A DNA stretch of 63,842 nucleotides, the filler included, from Octopus bimaculoides (Eukaryota), in NCBI RefSeq assembly GCF_001194135.2. It is 6 parts of 6 records of this genome, joined end to end, with 100 filler letters (N's around TTAATTAATTAA, not from the genome) between each part and the next. Parts side by side here need not be neighbours in the genome. Positions count along the whole stretch, not along the records: positions 1 to 23,061 come from NC_069004.1; positions 23,162 to 42,874 come from NC_068982.1; 4 more parts are not named here. One strand, given 5' to 3'. The translations under genes were made by a program, and so were the position numbers. Of this stretch, positions 21,400 to 34,008 are shown piece by piece (position 1 is the first letter of the stretch; each line of letters opens with the position of its first letter). Under the pieces are notes generated by a model, which worked only from the letters and a program-made list of their open reading frames with translations, made no database searches and was not told the DNA's origin.

Positions 21400-21690
21400 G
21401 ATAGATAGATAGAGAGATAGATAGATAGATAGATGGATGGATGGATGGACGGACGGACGGACAGGTATATAGATAGATAGACAGACAGATACACTGTGAT
21501 AGAAAGATAGATAGATAGATAGGTAGATAGATAGACAGACAGATAGACAGGCACACAGACAGACTGATAGGTAGGTAGGTAGATAGGTAAATAGGTAGGT
21601 AGGTACATAGGTAAATAGATAGAGAGATAAACAGAGAGACAGACAGATAGATAGTACTAGACAAAGACAGACAGACAGACAGATAGGCTG
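21400..21690. repeat. Compound (GATA)/(GACA)/(GGAT)/(GGTA) tetranucleotide microsatellite
   Basis: Seen directly. Confidence 0.95.
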
Positions 21691-23025
21691 ACGAGTATGA
21701 GAAATAAAAATATCAGCCCCCTTCCCCATTTATATCCTACATGCAGCAGTATTTCATCAGTTTTTCTCAAGGGAGGGTTTTTATGACTCAGTGCCACACC
21801 CATTAACTAATTTGATGGATTAGACAAGATTTTCAGAATGTTACTCATGGTGCTTAAACAAGCCATGATCTCTCACCAAACACAATAGCTGTATTCCTAA
21901 AATTATCTAAAATGGCTCCTAACTTAGGAACAAGGCCGGCAGTTTTGAGCTGGGGGTTGTTAGTCATCACAATCAACCCCAATATCTAACTGGTACTTAA
22001 TTTTATCTATGTCGAAATGGAGGAAGATAAAGTTGACCTCAGCAGGATGTGAACTTCAACTGCAAAAAACCGAAAGTAAAACTGCTAAGCATTTTGTCCA
22101 GCACTCTAATAATTCTGCCTGGTCGCCACCTTAATAATAATAATAATCATAATAATAATGATGATGATGATGATGATTATGGTTTCACATTTTGGCACAA
22201 GGCCAGTAATTTCAGGGTACGGTGTGGATTTGGTAAGCAGAACCTGAAAGAAGCCTGTTGTATGTGTTGTTGTGTGTGTGTATGTGTTTGTCCCCACCCA
22301 CCTCCCACCATCGCTTGACAACCTGTGCTGGTGTTTTTACATCCCCGTAACTTAGCGGTTTGACAAAAGAGTCCGCTAGAAAAAAGTACTAGGCTTACAA
22401 AGAGTAAGTCCTTGGGTTGATTTGTTCAACTAAAAACAGGCGGCGCTCTAGCATGGTCGCAGCCAAATGACCAGAACCAGTATAAGAATAAAGAAATCCT
22501 AAAATACAAGAATATCTTATATTTCTTTTGAACTAATTAACCCCTCAATTTGACACTCAGAATGTAATGGGTCCAAGGTAATGCTGCAAGGCATTTTTTC
22601 CATCGTTGTAATGATTCTAACCAAAATAAAATGAGTTAGTTTCTTGTTTATCTGGTACACCAGTATCAAAAGAAACAAAGTCCGTAGAGATTTCGAACAT
22701 TTTTTTTACCATCATATTACTTTCAATGAATTTCATGTAGCATATTCCAACATGTTCCACAAAGCATATATTACCTCTCTTTCTATGGTGGATAGAAATG
22801 CATATATATACATGCAGGTGAGATTATTTCCCAGTTGCATTAGCTGCAGATAAAGCAGATGGTGCATAACCTGCTGGAGATCTGTAGGAATTGGATACGA
22901 GTTGCTCAAAGTTTGTTTGATAAAATTCCTTTCATGAAATGATTTTCACGAATTCAAACAAATTCTGTATTTTTAGATATTTGTTCAAATGGCCATTCGA
23001 ATATAGAAGGCAGATATGTACAAAA

Positions 23026-23061
<36 letters not shown>

Positions 23062-23161
23062 NNNNNNNNNNNNNNNNNNNNNNNNNNNNNNNNNNNNNNN
23101 NNNNNTTAATTAATTAANNNNNNNNNNNNNNNNNNNNNNNNNNNNNNNNNNNNNNNNNNNN
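23062..23161. other. Artificial scaffold linker (44 N + TTAATTAATTAA + 44 N)
   Basis: The identical 100-bp construct appears at five places. TTAATTAATTAA puts stops in all six frames. Confidence 0.95.
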
Positions 23162-23575
23162 CTCATCTACGCGACGCAAATATTAGACTGAGACTTCGCG
23201 TACGGGCCGTCGCAGCAGCCGCCGTCGCCGTGCTTCGCACGCGCGCGGGTCTAGGCGTGCGTCGGCTTCACGCCCCTTCGATTTTGGTGACTCTGGATAA
23301 CTGTCAGTACGATCGCACGGGCTAGTATCGACTAGTCTTCGCGAGCCCATCCTATCAACTGTCGATGGCCCTGTAAGCGCCAACCGTGGTGGCAACGGGT
23401 AACGAGGAATCAGGATTCGATTCTGGAGAGGGAGCATGCGAAACGGCTACCACATCCAAGGAAGGCAGCACGCGCGCAAATTACCCACTTCCGGCACGGG
23501 GAGGTAGTGACGAAAATAACGGCGTGTGACTCTGTCGAGGCCCCGCGATCGGAATGAGTAAACTTCAAATCCGCC
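23162..23575 (+). pseudogene. 18S rRNA gene fragment (approximately helices 8-18, V2-V3 region), truncated orphon
   Basis: Contains the conserved 18S blocks TTTGGTGACTCTGGATAAC, CCTATCAACTGTCGATGG and GAAACGGCTACCACATCCAAGGAAGGCAGCA-GCGCGCAAATTACCCAC...GGGGAGGTAGTGACGAAAATAAC...GGAATGAGT. Similarity stops near 23575, so it is not a full gene. Confidence 0.88.
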
Positions 23576-24151
23576 CCCCACGACTTGTTCGAAGAGATCG
23601 AGACGAAAAGGATCGCTTGCATGCGACTCGATTTGCCGTTCGGAGTGACGTGCTTAGTAGAGCAGCTACCACACTGCGATCTATTGAGTCTCTTCTCGCG
23701 AACGACACAATCCGGCCTNNNNNNNNNNNNNNNNNNNNNNNNNNNNNNNNNNNNNNNNNNNNNNNNNNNNNNNNNNNNNNNNNNNNNNNNNNNNNNNNNN
23801 NNNNNNNNNNNNNNNNNNNNNNNNNNNNNNNNNNNNNNNNNNNNNNNNNNNNNNNNNNNNNNNNNNNNNGAAGAAATACAAGAAGATGAAGATAATGAAG
23901 AAGAAGAACGCTGATACGTGCGAGACCGGTCTCGGGGCGTTTCGTCTTCCGTAGAAGCGGATTTTCTCTGTTTTGAAGAGACGCGCGGTAATCTGAGAAC
24001 GAGGGCGAGACCGTGTGCCGGTCGTCGCGGCGCGAACGTGATCTCCACTGGTCCGTCGCGCGAGAAAACGGCAGGAGTAACTATGACGCTCTATATGACT
24101 GCATCGAGCAGTTGAGGAAATTTGTAAGTCGAGGGAAGCAAGAAGAAAAAT

Positions 24152-24784
24152 CTAAAATGCTACGGACGATCGTTCGTAGCTTTTGCCTGAACGTACGCCC
24201 GTTCGATCTAAAAAGCTACGGCCGATCGTTCGTAGCTTTTGCCTGAACGTACGCCCGTTCGATCTTAAATGCTATGGACGATCGTTTGTAGCTTTTGCCT
24301 GAACGTACGCCCGTTCTATCTAAAATGCTACGGACGATCGTTCGTAGCTTTTGCCTGAACGTACGACAGTTCGATCTAAAATTCTACGGACGATCGTTCG
24401 TAGCTTTTGCCTGAACGTACGACCGTTCGATCTAAAATGATACGGACGATCGTTCGTAGCTTTTGCCTGAACGTACGCCCATTCGATCTAAAATTCTACG
24501 GACGATCGTTGGTAGCTTTTGCCTGAACGTACGCCCGTTCGATCTAAAATTCTACGGACGATCGTTCGTAGCTTTTGCCTGAACGTACGACCGTTCGATC
24601 TAAAATGATACGGACGATCGTTCGTAGCTTTTGCCTGAACGTACGCCCGTTCGATCTAAAATGATACGAACGATCGTTCGTAGCTTTTGCCTGAACGAAC
24701 GCCCGTTCGATCTAAAATGCTACGGACAATCGTTCGTAGCTTTTGCCTGAACGTACGCCGTTTCGATCTAAAATGCTACGGACG
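24152..24784. repeat. 56-bp CpG-rich tandem array, 11 full units plus a partial unit
   Basis: Unit CTAAAATGCTACGGACGATCGTTCGTAGCTTTTGCCTGAACGTACGCCCGTTCGAT starts exactly every 56 bp (24152, 24208, ... 24768). Units differ by 0-4 substitutions, with no indels. Confidence 0.97.
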
Positions 24785-26064
24785 TTGCTTCTGGAATTTT
24801 TATCTTCTGAATTCAAATTTGGCTGATTACATGGCACCATCACGTTTTCAATAAAGAATTGATTGCAAATACGCAGCATCCAACTGCGTCCTACCTCACA
24901 GCTATTCGGTGCATGCAGTGGTATGGACATGACGTCTGCCTCACCCCAAGTCGTCCTAAAAGGGCCCTTCTCTCATTCGATAAAAGCAGGCCTAGCACCA
25001 CATGGCTAGATGTGATTTGGATAGGTTTCCAGAGGCTCAGTGTCATCTTGGAGTATACACGGAACCGCTAGCGATGGAGAAAATTCATGGGCCCGGTCGA
25101 TGAAGTCTATGGGACAACTAAGCTTGAATGACCTCAATCGCATCAAGCTAGAGCATGACGTAGCAGAAGCGGAAGCAGCAAGAAGCACATAAGATCACCA
25201 TCGCTTCTAACATTTCAAGCGGATTACATAAAACAACTGTCAAACATTAAGAGATGATGGAAACGGCTCTACTCCTGCCAAAGCTACATGCAAGTATTTT
25301 TACAATTTGAAAAGTGGTCGAGACGCTGGGACCAGCATTTAAAGTAAAACAGTGTGGTTTCGGCCCCATAAGTTTGGAATCCGAACCCCACGTAGGTTGA
25401 CATTGTTTTTGATCCTTCCGGACTACAATAAGTCAAATTACAGCCAAATACCGATTTCGATTTGATCGATTACCACCTCAACACAAATTTCTGCTCATGT
25501 GCCCATGTTAAATGTCATTACTATTTCAATACTAATTTTCAAACATCTGTAGATTTCAATATAAGACGAGTTTGATGGTTGTATATACCAACACGAATAC
25601 AAATCATTCGATAGTGAAGATAAATTGGAAATAAAATTGTGAAGGAAATCGTTAAACGGATGAAGTAGGGATAAAATTAGATTATGGAACACTAATATTC
25701 TATATTAAATAAGGTGATGGAGGAGATTGAGTCAAACTTACAATAAACTTATGGCCAAATCTAAATATTTTCAATGGTTTGACACAATTTAATACTTAAT
25801 ATTATAGTAGAAGTCGGCTCAGTTTCGAAATGATGGGTTGTACAATATATTATTATTTGCATAAGATATGTGTATGTGTGTGTGTGTGTGTGTGCGCGCG
25901 TGCGAGTGAGTGAGTGAGTGTGTGTGTGTGTGTGTTTACGTGTGTGTTTGTGTTTGTGTTTGGGTATGTCTTTATGTGTCTGTGTGTCCGTATTCAGGCT
26001 TTAATACATATATGTTTATATATCTATATACCTATGCTCATATGTACGCATATATATGTTTATA

Positions 26065-26132
<68 letters not shown>

Positions 26133-26134
<2 letters not shown>

Positions 26135-26600
26135 ACTGGCGGGCAGTGGAGTGAAAGCTTTGAAAAGGCCAAGATAGCGCATGCAAGATTCAAGAAAGAT
26201 TTAAAGAATAGTGTTACGATCGAGAAGATGGATCACAAAAGAACTTTTTTGTGTGCACAGTTTGTGTCAGACCATGCTATTCTTTTGTTGGGCTCAATTC
26301 TCATTTGAGCATCCATGGTAAACCATCTTCTACCAATTATTCTGCCTATATGACTGTGCATATCTGTTGATGCAATGTATCCCAGAATATCTTCAAATCT
26401 AACGAAGGCCTCAAAAGACATTTCAAGATCCACAAAGAACTTAACTGCAACTTTTGGTGGCCCATATCAGATATGCAATCTATGTGGATGTATTTTTAAA
26501 ACATTGTCTCGTTTAAAAAGCCACATCAGATGCTATCATAGTTCTAAGACATAGGTGCAGTAAGTGGTCAAACTCTGCATAGGGAGTATAAAACCACCAT
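26133..26600 (+). mobile_element. Decayed RTE-like LINE 3' end encoding three C2H2 zinc fingers
   Basis: ESFEKAKIAHARFKK is followed by CTVCVRPCYSFVGLNSHLSIH (26254-26316), CNVSQNIFKSNEGLKRHFKIH and CNLCGCIFKTLSRLKSHIRCYH (stop at 26552-26554). Broken by two frameshifts and a stop. The FE..R...K..K plus CxxC..GLxSHxxxH pattern is typical of RTE ORF C-termini. Confidence 0.65.
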
Positions 26601-26604
26601 ATCT

Positions 26605-26639
<35 letters not shown>

Positions 26640-26956
26640 NNNNNNNNNNNNNNNNNNNNNNNNNNNNNNNNNNNNNNNNNNNNNNNNNNNNNNNNNNNNN
26701 NNNNNNNNNNNNNNNNNNNNNNNNNNNNNNNTCAAGATGAGAATGTGTGTCTGACTGTGTGGATCACTAAAACTCGAGAACTACGCAACTGATATCATTC
26801 AAAATTTATATATCCCTTACTCAGGGTCAATGCAGTGTTATGGGCCAAAAACATTTTCAACCTCTTGCCTAATGCGATCCCAGAGCCATCTCTTATCTCT
26901 TACACTGTTTTAGTCTTACGTGTCAAATGTGAAAGAATAACATCTCTCTATTGTAT

Positions 26957-27273
26957 ACAGCCTGCTCGTGAAATTAACGTGCAAGTGGTTGACCACTCCA
27001 GAAACACGTGTACTCTGAAGATAGTTCTCGGGGAGATTCCGTGTAAAACAGAGTATGACAAGGCTGGCCTTTTGAAGTACATGTACAACAGAAACAGGAA
27101 GAAAGTGTGAGAGAAAGTTGGGCTGAAAGAGTACAGCAGAGTTCACCATCACCCTCTGCCGGAGCTTCGTGGAGCTTTAGGTGTTCTCGCTCAATAATCA
27201 CTCAAAACGATCGGTCTGGGAATCGAAACCGCGATCCTATGACAGCTGCCCTAACCACTGGGCCATTGCACCT

Positions 27274-27275
<2 letters not shown>
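26957..27275 (-). mobile_element. tRNA-derived SINE (GGAGGTGCAATGGCCCAGTGG head), 3' truncated
   Basis: Same family as 33619-34008. Confidence 0.85.
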
Positions 27276-27321
<46 letters not shown>

Positions 27322-30300
27322 ACATATATATATATGCATATATACTCGTATATATAATTTCTCCTGGATACAGTTACATGTAGGATTACTACTTGTGAGT
27401 TTGGAGCCCAATAGTTCAAGTCCATTTTAATGAAGTTGTAATTTAACCTGATCCTTATTCATATTCACGAATAAGGTCCATGTTTCCATGAACCATAATA
27501 CGCAATCAATAAGTGCATCTAGGTGTTTACCTCTCTCTTCCCTGTAGCTCATCCAAAGATGTAATTTTTTTTCCTACCAATTATGTATCGGTGTGGTTTT
27601 GTTAATAGCAAAGTTACAATAAATGTTTTGGAGTACTTGTGTATTTTCTAGAGGCATACTCTCATTGCGCCTTGTACTATTTACGAAATGTACTTTTTGT
27701 GGTCAGATCACCATATATTTATATTTGCTTTCGGAGCCAATTGGCTTTTATTCTATTCACAGTTGTTCTTCCTTGCACCCTCCGTTTATGAATGTTGTAC
27801 AACCAAAATTTATGAATATTGTTTGCACGCTGATGTCATGTTCATCTGGATTTTCAGATGCTTATTGATAAAAGGGAGGAATCCTTTTCTTAGTGCATGA
27901 GCATAAATTCGATTTATCATACTTTTAATATAAGGGTGCTTAGTGCAATTATTTTGTACATAGAAATATAGAGTAAAAGATTGAATTTATGTATACAATG
28001 ACACACAGAAATACGCATAGAAACCCATTATCTTTCACAGGTATACAGAAAATACTTACAAATCTCGTGTTTAAATGGCTGTAGTGTTTTAAGCATCTCT
28101 TCCAAATTCTCAAAATTTTCTTAACTTTTCCGCTTTTATCTCTGTATGTAATAATCGTTTCCATTTCTGATGCCGCCACACAGCTGAATTAGATGATTGT
28201 AAGACAAAATCTTATGAACTAAATAAAAAGTGGTATAAAATGTATTCCTGAAATGAAAACAAGTATATATGTATGCATATGTTTGTATATTTATGTGGTG
28301 ACAAATAGATAACGCCGAAAACAAATACGTAAGTTTATACGTAGATATGTATTTGAGGATGAGAAAATGCTTGTCAATCTTCACCAAATGACTTCGGTTA
28401 CATTTTGGAAAACCCCAAAATCTTCCAGAGTAAAAGATACTTGAACATTTTTTCCAAATATTTTATTCCAAAATAATTCATATTTTCTACGCTGAAAATC
28501 TTTACATGTAACCAACCTAAGCCTCGTACATCGTTTATTATGCCACGTTCGTAGATACAGTTGTGTTTTAATATAGTAAGACTATAACACTTGAGCACAC
28601 AAATATGGCTGTGAATATTGAAATAAAGAAAAAGAGATCTATTAACAGATTCTAAGAATGTGACGAATTCAAGCATTTTTCGTTTGGATTTCATAAAAAA
28701 AGAAATGATATATATTGGAAGCGACAATTTTATTTATGCTATTTTATTTGTCAATTCTGTTCAGCTGTATACGATAAGAATTTGTTACATTTTGTCTCCT
28801 GCCAATAAATTCTATCATATCAGTTGTACGTTTATTCCACGAGCAAGAACAAAAAATATATTCCTCTCCCCTCTTCCTAATAACATTGGCATAAGAAACA
28901 CGCTTTGGTTAAACAATTCCTTGTAGATCCCGAGCATGAACACACATAGAAACACACAGGCACGTTCGCACACACAGGCAGACGCACACTTATACTTATA
29001 TACATACAAATGTGTGTGTATGTATGCGTATATATGTGTATTTGTATGTGTGTGTCTGTGTGTGTATTTATGTGTATGTGTATGTATGCCCTGGATTGCA
29101 TGTATATATTGAAATTCAGGATTGTATGTGCATCTTTCTTTTTTTTTATTTGTTGTCAAATTCTGCGTTCATTTTTCTTTATTCGTTTCCATTTTTGTTT
29201 TCTCCTTCAACGACGACCACTATTAATATCTTCATCTCATTATTAATATTGCCATTCTGCTTACTGTTAATGTTGAAGTTGCTGATGTTTGATGATTTTA
29301 TTTTTATTGTACTTTATATATTTTTTACAGACGTCATGTTAAAATGTCACGTAATTACTAAAGAAGAGATGTTCTATTTGAATGAAAGGCGTATGAAATT
29401 TAAGGCTGTACATTATATTCTCTTGTTTATTCATTCTAATTCAAAAGTCACTCACACCAGAAAGTTGACTTCATCGTGTGATGTATTTGTCTTGCATTTA
29501 TTATTGCTTGTCTTTTTCGTTTATTCTTTGAGAAAAATGCTTCAAACTTTATGTTCTATTCCACTTTGATAACTGTCAGGTCACATTATTTACACAAGCA
29601 TGAATTTGTCACTTGCAAAAGAATATTTCCAAACTAAAAATAAAAGCCGGTACAAAATTTATAGAAATATTTTTCTGTATTTTCCAATTTCCACAACTTA
29701 CTTAAGAAATATGTATAATCTAGACAATGTGTCTCAAACTATAAACATTTTTGAAATCTAAATATTCTGGTATGTAACGCATTCGCGAACACAATATTCT
29801 TCCTTCTTTTACAAGCGTAATTACACTTTCTTTAAACTTATTTCTAAAAATGTTCTATTAGCGAACGTTAAGCGTTTGGTTTTCGTTTTACAATTATTCT
29901 ACTTTTGTTATCGTATCGTAAGATTTATTTTAACTATAAAACCAATTTATTGTTATTTACCAATCGCTTTCTATTTAATTTACACTTTCCTCGACCCTAT
30001 ATTCAACTATTATTCTCATATCTGTCAAGCCAGAGTTCAAGTGTTTTCTAATTATTCTGATGCTTATTTTACAACAGTATTCATCGTAACTTGGGTAATG
30101 TTATAATTATTCTGTTAACACCAAGAGCAACAGTAGCAACATCAACATTCACACCGTCGTTGTAACTGTTATCATTTGTAACACAGCGAGCTATTAGAAA
30201 GGTTATCACGCGGGATATAATGCTTTACGGCATTTTATCCGTCTTAACGTTCTGAATTCAATTTCCACTGAAGTCGACTTTCTCCTTCATCTTGTCGGCG

Positions 30301-30897
30301 TCGGTAAAACAAGGACCAGTTGATTACTGGAGTCGATGTAATCGACTAGCCCCGTCCTTAAAATTCAAAGCTTTGTGTCTAACAGAAAAGATTATCATTA
30401 TCATTATCCAAATGCCACCGAGGTCGACTTGGCCTTTAATCCTTTCAGACTCGATAAAATAAATACTAATTGAGCACTGGGATCGATGTAAACGACTATA
30501 CCCCTCCTATGAATCTCAGGCTTTATGCCTATAGTACACAGGATTATTAAAGAGTAGAGGGCTGGCAGACGTTTTAGTACGCTGGGCAAAATGCTTAGCG
30601 ACATTTCGTACGTTCTTACGTTCTGAGTTCAAATTCAACGGAGGCCGACTTTCTCTTTCATACTTTCATGGTCAGTAACATATTTTCACTATTAATATTT
30701 TCACTTTCATTATCGTCTTCTTTTAATTTTATTTCCATTTCTTGCCAAGTGTCTTCCTGATACCTAGGGCAGAGAAACGCACTATATGCATTCAAATAAA
30801 CACATCAGATTGTTCATTTACAAAGTCATGTGATAGAGAAAAAGGGGAAGAAAGAGAGAGAAAAGGGAAAAAATAAACAATAATATTGTAAACAAAG

Positions 30898-30928
<31 letters not shown>

Positions 30929-31003
30929 GTTGTTGTTGTTGTTGTTCTTCTTCTTCTTATTCTTCTTCGTCTTTTTCTTCTTCTATTTATTATTATTATT
31001 ATT

Positions 31004-31472
31004 GTTCAGTAGTTTTATTATAATAACGTGCTTTCATTTCACTACCGTGCGCAGCTCTGTGTGCCTTGGGTATGTGCTGTGGTTTGCTGTGATGCTCTTA
31101 TGGTTACTGTATTGAAAGTGTTTTGCGTAGGAGGTGTGCAGTGCCCAGTAGGGCAATTTTCTGTATGTTGTATATATTTGTAAGTCCTGGTGTTTTTGAT
31201 ATGTATTTGTCTGAATATTTTTTTTATTATACCTGAGGCACCTACTATGATAGGAATTGTTTCTGTTTTTAGATTCCACATTAGAGTTACCTCTATTTTC
31301 AGGTCTTTGTATTTTGAAAGTTTTTCCATTTCTTTTAGAGAAACGTTGTCATCTGCTGGTATTGATACATCAATTAGAAAGCCTTTTTTTTCTTCATGAT
31401 CTTTGACAACTATATCTGGTCTATTGGCCTTAATTTCTCTATCTGTGTGTATTGGCATATCCCAGAGTATGG
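31004..31472 (-). mobile_element. 5'-truncated Dong/R4-like LINE: restriction-like endonuclease domain and 3' UTR
   Basis: LWDMPIHTDREIKANRPDIVVKDHEEKKGFLIDVSIPADD...KEMEKLSKYKDL is a PD-(D/E)xK RLE motif. One frameshift. Flanked on both sides by (TAA)n. Confidence 0.88.
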
Positions 31473-31513
<41 letters not shown>

Positions 31514-31719
31514 CGAGATGGTAGAAACGATAGCACGCCGGAGAAAATGTCTAATAGCATTTCATCCATTGTTACGTTTTCCCTTGAAATTCCGCTGGGA
31601 TTGACATTGCGTTTCATCCATCAGGATCGATAAGATAAGTATCAGTGGTGCAGTGGGGTCGATGTATTTACCTTACCCTATTACGTCAATTTTGTGGTCT
31701 TGTGCTAAAATCTGAAATC

Positions 31720-31721
31720 AT

Positions 31722-31781
<60 letters not shown>

Positions 31782-31791
31782 AACCACCACC

Positions 31792-31849
<58 letters not shown>

Positions 31850-31850
31850 T

Positions 31851-31912
<62 letters not shown>

Positions 31913-31932
31913 ATAATAATAATAATAATAAG
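31720..31932. repeat. (ACT)n/(ACC)n/(AAT)n trinucleotide array
   Basis: Seen directly. Confidence 0.97.
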
Positions 31933-33380
31933 ATTAATAATACTATTCCCAACAACTCGGAAATATACCCACGAGTGACCTACGTAAGCTTATGCAGCGC
32001 ACGAGGAAGGGAGAAATGGTATGCCTCTGCACAGGTAAGTCCGGCAGGATGTCGATAGACGGCTTGCCGAACTACATCCAGGCAATGCAACCTCACATCG
32101 CCAATATGAAAGTAACAACTTTACAGGCGCATAAGGAGAAGAAAAAAGGGCTCAACACCCACATGATGATGTGGACAATTGTTCTCTGATTTCAGTAACG
32201 CATGGCCAACATTTTTCCAGGCCTCAAACAACGATATCCCGACTGATATTCGACTGTCTTTATGTTCTGAGTTCAAATTCCGCCGAGTTGGACTTTGCCT
32301 TTCATCATTTCGGGGTCGATAAATTAAGTACCAGTTACGTACTAGGGTTGATCTAATCGACTGGCCCCCTCCCTTAAAAGATTGGCCCTTGTGCCTAGAC
32401 TAGAAAAGAAAATGTTATTGATGGGCATCAAGTTGACTAAATCGATGTGAATGTACACATGCGAAATTTACCAAAGGAATTCCTTAAAGTTTTTCATACA
32501 AATCTATGCCTGGTTTCCATCATATTAGACCTAGTAATTAGACAGTAGCTATTTTCCTTCGAAATCAAATCTGTAGCAAGTAAATTACTTCGAGTAAGAT
32601 AGTCTGGAATCTTCCCCAAATATGCAGACTTGTGGAGTTTTATCGAATATGTTGTTACGATGACGAATAGTTTGTTTTTTTAAGATGCGTATGTTTCCTG
32701 TCTTGTTTGTATATTTCTCTCATGTTATGTCGTATTTTTTATGACGGTTTTGCGAAAATGAAACCTGTTTACAATATATGGAACAAGTTCTCGTATGAAT
32801 CCCAAAGATCATCTGCCTCATAAATGTACAAAGTGTATATAAGATTGTTGGCTGTATAAATGTCAGAAGCAAAAGATTTCTACAAATTATATTTGTATTC
32901 AATGAAAATAACATTGAAAGATGTATTTTAACCAAGTAGTTATTTTAACGGATTGCTAATCCGCTTGAGATTTTCCATTGGAATTACAGTGTTTCTTCTG
33001 TCGTAAGAAATCTGGTAATTATTTATCTTCTATTTTAAAAGTTTTATTTATGTGTGGTCATGCTGGGATACCTCCTTGAAGGGATCTGGGGAAAAATCAA
33101 CCCAAGTATTTATTTTTAAGTCTGATACTTATCCTATCCATCACAAAAGAGATGGATAGAATAAACAAGCTCACACCGACTGTAAAGCAGCGGTGAGGAC
33201 AAACAAAAATATATACACATACACGCGTACATATAACAAGGCACTTCACCAAGGTGTGCTGCAGTGGGACTGAACACAAAGCCACGTGCTTCAAGACAAT
33301 TATAACAGACTCAAAGCAAGTTATTTATCCTGATAATGTCGTAGTCGTACGTGGCTCTTGGAATCTGGAAAACATTCATT

Positions 33381-33588
33381 TAAATTTTGGCACAAGACCC
33401 GCGATTCTGGGGAAGGATATATATCGATTACATCGACCCCAGGGTACAGCTAGTACTTATTTTATTGACCCCGGAAATATCAAAGGCAAAGTTGACCTCA
33501 GCGGAATTTCAACTAGGAGCGTAAACACGCATGAAACGCCGCTAAGCATTTTGCCCAGAGCGCTAACGATTCTGCTAGCTCGCCGCCT
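33381..33588 (-). mobile_element. SINE family A copy with TSD
   Basis: Head at 33588. 14-bp direct repeat AATCTGGAAAACAT at 33362-33375 and 33592-33605. Confidence 0.85.
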
Positions 33589-33618
33589 TTAAATCTGGAA
33601 AACATATTTAATAGCATG

Positions 33619-34008
33619 GAGGCACAATGGCCCAGTGGTTAGGGTAGCGGACTCGCGGTCATAGGATCGCGGTTTCGATTCCCAGACCAGACGTTGTGAG
33701 TGTTTATTGAGCGAAAACACCTAAAGCTCCACGAGGTTCCAGCAGGGGATGGTGGCGAACCCTGCTGTACTCTTTCACCACAACTTTCTCTCACTCTTTC
33801 TTCCTGTTTCTGTTGTACCTGTTTTTCAAAGGGCTAGCCTTGTTGCATTCTGTGTCACGCTGAATCTTCCCGAGAACTCCGTTAAGGGTACACGTGCCTG
33901 CGAAGTGCTCAGCCACTTGCACGTTAATTTCACGAGCAGGCTGTTCCGTTGATCGGATCAACTGAAACCCTCGACGTCGTAAGCGACGGAGTGCCAACAA
34001 CAACAACA
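33619..34008 (+). mobile_element. Full-length tRNA-derived SINE with TSD
   Basis: A box TGGCCCAGTGG, B box GGTTTCGATTCC, (CAA)n tail, and a perfect 15-bp TSD ATATTTAATAGCATG at 33604-33618 and 34009-34023. Confidence 0.92.

Noticed and set aside
23106-23117. TTAATTAATTAA as a conserved regulatory or homeodomain motif
   Set aside because: It is always centred in exactly 88 N, so it is a synthetic linker.
24152-24784. CRISPR array
   Set aside because: The palindromic units are head-to-tail with no unique spacers, there are no cas genes, and the context is eukaryotic.
31940-32040. Plus-strand exon ending at the strong donor CAG|GTAAGT (32034)
   Set aside because: No acceptor upstream (it abuts a trinucleotide array) and no recognisable peptide.
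33619-33700. Functional tRNA gene
   Set aside because: The tRNA-like head runs into a 300-bp SINE body with a tail and TSD, and has no complete acceptor stem.
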